NCBI GenBank assembly: GCA_002399235.1
Contig: DHDH01000040.1
Coordinates: forward strand, 18,592 to 82,591
Length of the DNA stretch: 64,000 bases
DNA from: Firmicutes bacterium UBA4881
Lineage (GTDB): Bacteria > Bacillota > DTU065
Reading direction: 5' to 3'
Shown piece after piece: positions 50,156-58,113 of this stretch (position 1 is the first letter of the stretch; every line of letters starts with the position of its first letter). The notes under the pieces were generated by a model. That model was given only the letters and a program-made list of their open reading frames with translations. It was not told the DNA's origin and made no database searches. The position numbers were made by a program, and so were the translations under genes.

Positions 50156-50629
50156 ATGCTAGTAGAGGCGTTTGTGGAGATACCCAAAGGGGGACAAAAT
50201 AAATACGAATATGACACCAATAGAGGTGTTTTTCGTTTAGATCGGGTTCTCTATGGTTCAATTCACTATCCAGCTGAATACGGTTTTATCCCCGATACCC
50301 TTGCTGAAGATGGCGATCCACTAGATATATTAATTCTTTCAAATGAACCAACTTTTCCGGGTTGTGTTGTCGAAGCTAGAGTATTAGGCGCTTTGGAAAT
50401 GGCCGATGATAAAGGTCGAGATGTAAAAATATTGGCAGCTTTAGACAAAGAACCTCGTTTTGCCGAATTGCAATCTCTAAAGGATGTGCCTACACATATT
50501 CTAAGAGAGATAGAACATTTTTTTCGCATTTATAAAGAACTTGAAGGCAAGGAGACTGCAGTTGATGGTTGGCGTGATCTAGAATTTGCCAAACAGGTAA
50601 TCCAAGAGTCCCAACTATCAAAAGCTTAA
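50156..50629 (+). CDS. ppa: Inorganic pyrophosphatase, family I
   Basis: EIPKGGQNKYEYD and DGDPLDIL motifs. 157 aa. Confidence 0.93.
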   Translation: MLVEAFVEIPKGGQNKYEYDTNRGVFRLDRVLYGSIHYPAEYGFIPDTLAEDGDPLDILILSNEPTFPGCVVEARVLGALEMADDKGRDVKILAALDKEPRFAELQSLKDVPTHILREIEHFFRIYKELEGKETAVDGWRDLEFAKQVIQESQLSKA

Positions 50630-50637
50630 TAGGAAAA

Positions 50638-50680
50638 ATAGCCCCTCGGACTTAATTTAAGTTAGGGGCTTTATTTTTGA
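50638..50680 (+). terminator. Intrinsic terminator after ppa
   Basis: ATAGCCCCT-cggacttaatttaagtt-AGGGGCTTTAT followed by TTTTG. Confidence 0.75.
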
Positions 50681-50922
50681 AGATGTAGTATAAATAACTT
50701 AGGATAAACTATTCCTGCTTACCTTGCCTAACTAAACTTCTTCTTAGGTAGTTTAGTAAGGTTGTTTAACCTTACTAAATAATGTATTCTAAAATAAAGT
50801 GATAAAAAAATTTTCCTCTGCTCCCCGAAAAGGCAGAGACATTTTGCTTGTTTGTAGCTTGAGCTATTAAGTACAGAAATTAAAGTTAAATTGAGGTAGA
50901 TAGAAATAGGGAGAGATAGCTT

Positions 50923-52095
50923 ATGCAAAGACACTATTTATTAACTATACTTCTTGTTTTATCTTTGACGGTGGCTGTAGCAGGGCAGAATCGAGTTGCT
51001 GTATTAGGTGTGTTTGGCGAAGCTCCCTTAAACTATAAGCAATTTTTAGAAACACGTATAACCAAGGAACTTGTTTCTCTTAACCGTTTAGAAGTACTAG
51101 ATCGAACTCATGCCGAGCAGCTTTTGAAAGAAATTTCGTTTCAAGTAGCTTTAGGTGAGAATTCTGTTGGTGTTGGTAAAATGCTTGGAGCCGATATTGG
51201 ACTTTTAGCAACTATAGATCTACTTTACACAGAAGAAAATGAAAATACCTTTAATACTAAAGCAGAAATAACTTTAAAAACTGTAGAGATTGCAACAGCG
51301 AGGATCTTAGCAACTGCTACAGTTAAAGGTACAGCCGAAGCAAATTCCTTAGCTAGTGCTGAGATTATGGCTTTGGAGAATTGCCTTCTAGAAACCAATG
51401 CTACCCTTTATTCTCTATTTGGATTAACCAGTGAAATATTAGAAGTGAAAGGAAAAGTTCTTTATATTTTACCAGGTAGAGAAGCTCTTATTAACGGAGG
51501 AGTTTATAGTGTTATTCGTACTGAAGAAATTAAAGGTCACCCAATGGAGAGGGAGATTGGTAAACTACGTTACGAAGAAAGCAAAGATCTATCACGTGGT
51601 ATTGTTTTAGCAAAAACCGAAGAGATCTTAGAAAAAGACACAGTTGGCCATCTCAAAGCCAGATCAGGAAACTATCGGCTCTATTCGTTAGGGACTTTAG
51701 AAGGTCTAAAAGGTGGTTTAAGTTACTGGATAATAAAACCTTTTGAGTTAAGTTTTGGTGCTTTGGTTAATCTTAATATAGCTAAACCAACAAATTCTTT
51801 AGAATTGTATTTAGAAGTAGATAAAGAATTTGCTCTATCTCCCAATAACTACAGTGGAGTAATTGGGGCTGGTTTTGGAGGGGCTTGGTTAATCCAAAAA
51901 CTAGTAGATAAAAAGTATTTTGGTAAAAGTTTACTTTTTACAGGCAAGATAGGAATTCGTTTTTATAATACTACTAAAATGTACGAATTGGCCCTCGAAC
52001 CACGCCTTCCTTTGGTAACAAATTGGTCCGAAAGTGTTAATATCAAAAACAACCCTAGTTTATGGCTTACTCTAAGTTGGGGTAGTGTTGAGTGA
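50923..52095 (+). CDS. Envelope operon ORF1: secreted CsgG/LpoB-like domain + small beta domain + putative C-terminal beta-barrel
   Basis: Signal peptide MQRHYLLTILLVLSLTVAVAG with no lipobox Cys. NRVAVLGVFGE...LEVLDRTHAEQLLKEISFQ...LGADIGLLATI...TARILATATVKG. C-terminal Gly/aromatic alternating strands. Confidence 0.5.
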   Translation: MQRHYLLTILLVLSLTVAVAGQNRVAVLGVFGEAPLNYKQFLETRITKELVSLNRLEVLDRTHAEQLLKEISFQVALGENSVGVGKMLGADIGLLATIDLLYTEENENTFNTKAEITLKTVEIATARILATATVKGTAEANSLASAEIMALENCLLETNATLYSLFGLTSEILEVKGKVLYILPGREALINGGVYSVIRTEEIKGHPMEREIGKLRYEESKDLSRGIVLAKTEEILEKDTVGHLKARSGNYRLYSLGTLEGLKGGLSYWIIKPFELSFGALVNLNIAKPTNSLELYLEVDKEFALSPNNYSGVIGAGFGGAWLIQKLVDKKYFGKSLLFTGKIGIRFYNTTKMYELALEPRLPLVTNWSESVNIKNNPSLWLTLSWGSVE

Positions 52096-52110
52096 AAGTG
52101 AGGACTGCCT

Positions 52111-53355
52111 ATGAGAAAGTATCTAGCAATTATATTAATTGGGATCTTTATCATCTTACCTTTGGCTTTAGCCCAAGAAAGACCCCGAGTAGCTGTGTTA
52201 AGTAATTCTTATTCTAACTGGTCTGGATATGACCGTGAACTAGAAGCTAAGCTAACTGATCTACTTTTTAGCCTCGATAGATTCGAATTAGTTGAACGCC
52301 GCTATATTGATAATGTTTTAAAAGAACAAGCTTTACAACTATCATATGGTAGTCCAGATACTATAATAAGGGCGGGTCGCTTATTAGGAGCTACATATGG
52401 TTTTGTTATTCAACTTGATAATATTAATACAGTTTGGAGTAAAGATAGTTACAAAGCTGAGATAAAACTTTCTGTAAAATGTGTGGAGATTGAGACTGGT
52501 AAAATTATTGGTGCTAAACAAGCTAATGGTTATGGTTTTAACCGCTCAACCGATCTTGCGATCAGTGAAGCTATAGAAATGATCTTTTTAGAAGACCTTA
52601 CACCTGCAATCAAGAGCTGGTTTCGATTAGGTAGTTCTATTGTTAGTAGAAGTGATAATTTTGTTTATATAGCTTTAGGCCAAAACGCAGGTGTGAAAAA
52701 AAATTCTCGGTATTTAGTTTTCAAGGAAGTTGATTTAGGTATAGAAACACAAAGTCCAATTTTAGAAGAAGTGGGACTAGTTGAGATAAAAAATAGCGGT
52801 TATGATTGGGCCCAAGCTGTTATATTAAAAGAAAATGAACCGATAAAAGCTGGGTTTATAGTTTCTGAACAGGTTTTAGAAAACTATAAACTATTTAGTT
52901 TTAGTGGTGTCATAGGCAAGAACCCTGGTTTAGAAGTTTCTTATGGGTTTTACCGCCCTTGGAGCCATATGGCTAATGTTAGCGTTATTTTCGAAGCGTC
53001 GCCACAAATTTTAAATACTATTGTTGTGACAGAATATCTCAAGGAATTGCGTTTTACCAATAATCTCTCTCTATTCATTGGTGGTGGTTTGGGTTCTTCG
53101 TTAGGTACTCAAAGCGATCTTTCAGGATCTAGTATTAACTCGCTTTCTTATCTAGCCAATGGTCGAGGAATATTAAAATTAACTCTAGGAGATAGTTACG
53201 ATTTTCGGGTTGGCGCAGCATACTTTTTAGCTACAACTTATAATAATTGGTATTATGATTATTCGAAGATACCTGTTCCTAACTATAGGGTTACAGCTAA
53301 AGAATATAACCCGAGTGGTCTCAGACTTAATATAGGCATTTCCTTTTCTTTTTAG
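52111..53355 (+). CDS. Envelope operon ORF2: paralog of ORF1 (CsgG/LpoB-like + beta domain + C-terminal beta-barrel)
   Basis: Signal peptide MRKYLAIILIGIFIILPLALA. RPRVAVLSNS...FELVERRYIDNVLKEQALQ...LGATYGFVIQL...TGKIIGAKQANG. Ends ...GLRLNIGISFSF (aromatic terminus). Confidence 0.5.
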   Translation: MRKYLAIILIGIFIILPLALAQERPRVAVLSNSYSNWSGYDRELEAKLTDLLFSLDRFELVERRYIDNVLKEQALQLSYGSPDTIIRAGRLLGATYGFVIQLDNINTVWSKDSYKAEIKLSVKCVEIETGKIIGAKQANGYGFNRSTDLAISEAIEMIFLEDLTPAIKSWFRLGSSIVSRSDNFVYIALGQNAGVKKNSRYLVFKEVDLGIETQSPILEEVGLVEIKNSGYDWAQAVILKENEPIKAGFIVSEQVLENYKLFSFSGVIGKNPGLEVSYGFYRPWSHMANVSVIFEASPQILNTIVVTEYLKELRFTNNLSLFIGGGLGSSLGTQSDLSGSSINSLSYLANGRGILKLTLGDSYDFRVGAAYFLATTYNNWYYDYSKIPVPNYRVTAKEYNPSGLRLNIGISFSF

Positions 53356-53466
53356 GGTAACCGAATTGTGAATGATCTGTCATACTTTAGTAAGATCTCT
53401 AGCTAATATTCGCTAAACCATTCTTTGTTACTCCATCTGGAAGGGGGGAAAGAATCATCGTTGGCG

Positions 53467-54372
53467 ATGGTTCTCATTAACATGAAAAAAATTGTTATTT
53501 TGCTTTTAATAATCAGCTTAAGTGTTACTCTTTTTGCTAATTCATTACCTACAGGCTATCTAATCGAATCACATACTAGCTACAATGGTTCTATTAACTG
53601 GACTAAGCAAGATGTCGAAGTTATTGGTTATGGGGCTTTAATTGTCTCTCCAGATAGACCCTATTTCCAAGCAAAGTTGATGGCCAGAGAGGCAGCTAAA
53701 ACAGATGCATATAGGAATCTGGCTGAGATGCTTAAAGGTATTTATGTAACTTCAGAAACTACAGTACTAAACTTTATTACCGAAAATGATTTTGTACGAA
53801 AAAAAGTTGAGATGTTTATTCAGGGAGCAGAAATTATTGAAGAAAAAGAAATTGAAGGCGGTGGCTACGCAGTTAAACTTAGGTTAGCTTTAGGTGGACC
53901 TAAGGAAGGGAATATCGCCTCTGTACTCCTGCCAGAAGTTGCTAAAAACGATAGCGATGTTTTAACAACTAAAATTCAGTTTGGCTCAAATTACGAAGAA
54001 AAGCCTACCTATCAGGTACCTAAATCTACTAGCGATGTAACAGGAGTTATTATTGATGCTAGAAATTTAGAAGTAAGACCAGCCATGAGCCCTAAGATTT
54101 TTAGCTCTGACGGTAAAGAAGTCTTTGGCCCAAGGTATATTGATCCCTATAAAAATCCTGACTCACCTTTAGTCGCTTACACCAGGGATTTGGAAACAGC
54201 TAGATCATTGGCTCGCGTAGGCGAAAATCCAGTTATAATAAATGCAATTGGCGTGGTTGGGACTAATCAGAGTGATGTGGTTATAGCTAAAGCAGATGCG
54301 GATATTATTTTTGACCAAAACAAGCTAGGTGGCTTTTTAGCAGAAGGTCGTATTGTTATTATAATCAAGTAG
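53467..54372 (+). CDS. Envelope operon ORF3: secreted LPP20/FlgP-like domain protein with unknown C-terminal domain
   Basis: Signal peptide (MVLIN)MKKIVILLLIISLSVTLFA. YFQAKLMAREAAKTDAYRNLAEMLKGIYVTSETTV...GAEIIEEKEIEGGGYAVKLRL. Start uncertain (TTG 53461, ATG 53467 or ATG 53482). Confidence 0.45.
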   Translation: MVLINMKKIVILLLIISLSVTLFANSLPTGYLIESHTSYNGSINWTKQDVEVIGYGALIVSPDRPYFQAKLMAREAAKTDAYRNLAEMLKGIYVTSETTVLNFITENDFVRKKVEMFIQGAEIIEEKEIEGGGYAVKLRLALGGPKEGNIASVLLPEVAKNDSDVLTTKIQFGSNYEEKPTYQVPKSTSDVTGVIIDARNLEVRPAMSPKIFSSDGKEVFGPRYIDPYKNPDSPLVAYTRDLETARSLARVGENPVIINAIGVVGTNQSDVVIAKADADIIFDQNKLGGFLAEGRIVIIIK

Positions 54373-54383
54373 GGGGGGTTCCT

Positions 54384-55499
54384 TTGAGACTAAAAAAACT
54401 ACTTGCTGTTTTATTGGTTATATTGTTGGTAATACCTCAAGGAGTGTTAGCTCAGTCGCAAACGAACACCGATCATACAAAAAATGTCTTGATTGTAGCA
54501 GGAACAGTCACTGTGGTAGGACTAAGTGTTTATTTATATAATTCTGTTAAAACAAACCTAGAAGTTAAAAAACTTTACAATGACGCCGAAGAGAAAATTG
54601 TTCAAGGTGATTGGTTTGGAGCTTACGAAAAATTAAATCTCATTATGCACAAAAAGCATAATTATAAAGACGCTAAGAGTAAACTCGAGTTGGTTAAAGA
54701 AGTAGGTGCAAACTACTACACTGACCTTGGGGATAGACAAGTTGTAGAACAAAGATTGGAAGAAGCTGCCCTTAATTATCGTAAAGTTTTAATGATGAGC
54801 CCTAATAATTTAAGAGCTAGAGCTGGATTAGATAACTTAAATAGTAGACTAGCAGATATGTATTATAATCGGAGCTTGGGCTACTTTAGCGAAGGTGACT
54901 TTAAAGAAACAGAGCTAGAGTTAAATAAAGCAGTTGCCCTAAACCCAGATATGGATAAAACTTTATTAAAAGAAGTTCTAGCAATAAATCAAAACCAAAA
55001 ACTAACTAAAGTAGCTATCATTTTCCTAGGTAATCAAAGTTCAGTTTCTGGCATTGAAGCTATTATCATGCCGCGGTTGCAAGAATTTTTAGAACGGGAC
55101 AACTTGATTGTCCTCTCTCAACTAAAAGTGAGAGCATTTATGGATGAGCAAGGAAAGTATCTCTTTCCAACCTATGATACAAAAGCGGCTGTTGAAACTG
55201 GCCTTATATTAGGTCAAGATAAAGTCATTTATGGCGATCTAACTAAATCTCAGTTGACTCCTTTCAAAAAGCAAACTGGGAATAAGTTGCAGCAAAGTTT
55301 AACAGGGGAATTAGAATTTAAAATTAACATCGTTGATGTTAAAGCGACTACAATTCAAACAGAACATTTTCGTTATAAAGAAAGTGTAACTAGTACAGTT
55401 ACACCACTAGAAGCTGCTGTAACTGAGAATATGATGCTCCAGGAACTTTTACAAAATATCTCGCAAAAACTAGCTAGGGATATAGCAAGGAGGCTATAA
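54384..55499 (+). CDS. Envelope operon ORF4: signal/TM-anchored TPR protein with C-terminal CsgG/LpoB-like domain
   Basis: TTG start 5 nt after a G7 SD. MRLKKLLAVLLVILLVIPQGVLA plus a second hydrophobic segment VLIVAGTVTVVGLSVYLY. TPR-like YNRSLGYFSEGDFKETELELNKAVALNP. KVAIIFLGN...LIVLSQLKVRAFMDEQ...LGQDKVIYGDL. Confidence 0.45.
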   Translation: MRLKKLLAVLLVILLVIPQGVLAQSQTNTDHTKNVLIVAGTVTVVGLSVYLYNSVKTNLEVKKLYNDAEEKIVQGDWFGAYEKLNLIMHKKHNYKDAKSKLELVKEVGANYYTDLGDRQVVEQRLEEAALNYRKVLMMSPNNLRARAGLDNLNSRLADMYYNRSLGYFSEGDFKETELELNKAVALNPDMDKTLLKEVLAINQNQKLTKVAIIFLGNQSSVSGIEAIIMPRLQEFLERDNLIVLSQLKVRAFMDEQGKYLFPTYDTKAAVETGLILGQDKVIYGDLTKSQLTPFKKQTGNKLQQSLTGELEFKINIVDVKATTIQTEHFRYKESVTSTVTPLEAAVTENMMLQELLQNISQKLARDIARRL

Positions 55500-55503
55500 G
55501 CTT

Positions 55504-56583
55504 ATGCGAAAGCGTCTTTTACTGGTATTAATAATTTCCATGCTTTCTTTAGTTACTTTAGCCAATGAAGGACGCTGGATCGAAGCTAAAGGTGTTGCTA
55601 TAGTTATAGATAATCAGAAAGAGCTGGCTTATGAAGCAGCACTTAAAGATGCCTTAAAAAGAGCTGTAGAAACTGGAGTCGGTGTCTATGTGTCAGTCGA
55701 GACTAAGACTGAGAATTTTGCTTTAATATCGGACTCTATTTTGACCAAAGCTAATGGCTACGTAAAAGAATACACTGTGTTGAATACTAGCTTTACAGAC
55801 GATTACTGCCAGGTATTGCTAAAGGCTTGTGTAAGCCTTACTGATCTTAAAAATGATCTACAGGCCCAAGGGTTGATGATCAAAAGAGCCGGAGACCCGC
55901 GAATTATTGTCCAAATCGAAGAATATTCAGATGTTTCTTATCTTTCTACCTCTGTAGCCCAGGAAGTTGCTGAAAAAGCCTTGAAAGATAGAGGTTACAA
56001 CGTAATTAAATCGAGACCATTAGAGCAATATTTAGCTTACAAGACTAGAGAAGATGAATACTTAAAATTAGTTGATGCAGATATTTTAGTTAGAGGGAAT
56101 GCAACTGCTACAAGGTTATCAAGTATAGGTGGTATGTTTTCCTATGGTTCAACTGTTGTACTTAGTGTTTATCGGAGTGGTTCTCCACAGATCCTAGCTT
56201 CGGTGACAAAAAATGGTAGAGGTATTCATGTTTCTCCTCAATTAGCTACTGAACTAGCCATTAAGGAAGCTTTGAGCTCTGCCATTGAGGAGTTGAGCTG
56301 GGAAATTCTTACTAGTCTAACTGAACCTATAAAAAGGGTGCAACTTAAGGTCTTAGAGTTAGACTTTGCTCTATATAGCCAACTTTCTAGTAACTTACAA
56401 AGAATAAGTGGTGTTTCTCAGGTCTTTCCACGTAGTTATAGGAATGGAGAGGGGCTTTTTGATATTGACACAACTCAATCTTCAATGGCGATCGCTATTT
56501 ACTTAAGTAAAAACTTAGGTTGGGAAATTATCAGGCATACTGAAAATATTATTGAAACTAAGGTTGTTAAAACAAACAATTAA
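55504..56583 (+). CDS. Envelope operon ORF5: secreted FlgT-like protein (LPP20-like N domain + CsgG-like middle domain + C-terminal alpha/beta domain)
   Basis: Signal peptide MRKRLLLVLIISMLSLVTLA. WIEAKGVAIV...AYEAALKDALKRAVETGVGVYVSVET...NGYVKEYTVL. DPRIIVQIEE...VAEKALKDRGYNVI...DADILVRGNATA. Confidence 0.45.
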   Translation: MRKRLLLVLIISMLSLVTLANEGRWIEAKGVAIVIDNQKELAYEAALKDALKRAVETGVGVYVSVETKTENFALISDSILTKANGYVKEYTVLNTSFTDDYCQVLLKACVSLTDLKNDLQAQGLMIKRAGDPRIIVQIEEYSDVSYLSTSVAQEVAEKALKDRGYNVIKSRPLEQYLAYKTREDEYLKLVDADILVRGNATATRLSSIGGMFSYGSTVVLSVYRSGSPQILASVTKNGRGIHVSPQLATELAIKEALSSAIEELSWEILTSLTEPIKRVQLKVLELDFALYSQLSSNLQRISGVSQVFPRSYRNGEGLFDIDTTQSSMAIAIYLSKNLGWEIIRHTENIIETKVVKTNN

Positions 56584-56656
56584 CATTACAATAACTATGG
56601 GTTTAATTAATATTTTACTGGATCGAAGGGAGGTCGAGCGGTATTACCGCTAAAAC

Positions 56657-57217
56657 ATGAAAAAAAATAAAGCTTGGATTATTGTACTGGCAGTCTTAGT
56701 TATTATGTTGTTAGGGACAATAAGCAGTTATAACAAACTTGTTAATCTCAGTGAATCAGTTGATGCTCAATGGGGACAGGTGGAAAACCAGTTACAATCC
56801 CGTTATGATAAGATTCCTAATCTTGTAGCTACTGTTAAAGGTTATGCTAACCATGAAAAGGAAGTATTTGAATCATTAGCAGATGCTAGAGCTAAAATGG
56901 CCGGTGCTCGTTCTATAAATGAACAAGTTGAAGCAGCTAATGCAATGGAATCTGCTCTATCAAGATTATTGGTTGTTGTAGAGAACTACCCTGAATTAAA
57001 AGCAGATCAACAATTTAATCAGTTAATGTATGAGATTTCCGGCACTGAAAATAGAATAGCAGTAGAAAGAATGCGTTATAATGATTCTGTAAAGAGCTAC
57101 AACAGTAGAGTCAAACGCTTTCCTACAGTGATGTTAGCTAATATGTTCGGCTATGAACCTAGAGCTTACTTTGAAGCTGCCAAGGGTGCAGAGGTAGCGC
57201 CTAAAGTGGAGTTTTAG
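56657..57217 (+). CDS. lemA: LemA family protein
   Basis: N-terminal TM segment. YNKLVNLSESVDAQWGQVENQLQSRYDKIPNLVATVKGYANHE is classic LemA. Confidence 0.88.
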   Translation: MKKNKAWIIVLAVLVIMLLGTISSYNKLVNLSESVDAQWGQVENQLQSRYDKIPNLVATVKGYANHEKEVFESLADARAKMAGARSINEQVEAANAMESALSRLLVVVENYPELKADQQFNQLMYEISGTENRIAVERMRYNDSVKSYNSRVKRFPTVMLANMFGYEPRAYFEAAKGAEVAPKVEF

Positions 57218-57275
57218 GAATCTAGGTAAGATGGAGGTTAGTAAAGAAGTTAAAACTCTTTACTAAAGCAAGACT

Positions 57276-58013
57276 ATGAAAAAATTGGTTATGGTCCTTT
57301 TAGTGTTACTACTATCTTGTGGAGTATTAGCACTAACACCGCTACCTTTTACAAATATTCATGACTATGCCCATCTTCTTGGTAATACCAGAGATTTAGA
57401 TCAGCGAGTAGAAACATTATACGAACACACAGGTGTCGAATTAGCTATTGTAACAATAGCTAAATTAGAGAATCAAAGCATAGAGATGTTTTCTGTTAAT
57501 CTTTTTGAAGAATGGGGCATCGGCAGAAAAGGTGAGGATAAAGGTCTATTACTAGTCATTTCTCTTGACCCACGCGAAGTTAGACTAGAAACAGGTTATG
57601 GGTTAGAAGGGGCTTTACCTGATTCTTTTGTGGGGACTAAGTTAGATGAACTTGTTGCACCATCTCTCGCTAGGGGTAGCAATGAAGGACTAATTGAATT
57701 TGTTAATGCTATTGAAGAAAGAATTATTAGCCAAGGCGATGCTAATCCCCAAGCTAATTTTTATCTTGAATATGATTCAGATGATTCCATGGTAACTTCG
57801 ATTACTCGTTTGCCTTTTGCGAACTTAGGGTTTATAATCATCATCCTAATCTTAATCTTTCTCGATTTAAGATTCACTGGGGGTATGGTTTTAAGAAGTA
57901 TTCTCCGTGCCTCTGGTAGAGGTTACCGCTCTGGCGGAGGTGGATCATCTGGCCGTAATCGCTATGGTGGTGGAGGAAAAAGTGGTGGCGGTGGCGCCTC
58001 GACTAAATGGTAA
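57276..58013 (+). CDS. TPM-domain protein (YgcG-like) with TM segment and Gly-rich tail
   Basis: Possible lipobox LLLSCG. VELAIVTI...FEEWGIGRKGEDKGLLLVISLDPREVRLETGYGLEGALPD. TM LGFIIIILILIFL. GGGGSSG...GGGKSGGGG tail. Confidence 0.85.
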   Translation: MKKLVMVLLVLLLSCGVLALTPLPFTNIHDYAHLLGNTRDLDQRVETLYEHTGVELAIVTIAKLENQSIEMFSVNLFEEWGIGRKGEDKGLLLVISLDPREVRLETGYGLEGALPDSFVGTKLDELVAPSLARGSNEGLIEFVNAIEERIISQGDANPQANFYLEYDSDDSMVTSITRLPFANLGFIIIILILIFLDLRFTGGMVLRSILRASGRGYRSGGGGSSGRNRYGGGGKSGGGGASTKW

Positions 58014-58015
58014 AG

Positions 58016-58055
58016 TAAGAGCCTACAAAACACAGCGTAGGCTCTTTTTATTTCT
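58016..58055 (+). terminator. Intrinsic terminator closing the envelope operon
   Basis: AAGAGCCTAC-aaaacacagc-GTAGGCTCTT followed by TTTATTT. Confidence 0.8.
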
Positions 58056-58113
58056 CTAAGTAATATTTTGATTTAATTAATAGTCAAGGACTGTAATTTG
58101 TTTCCCAAAATAA

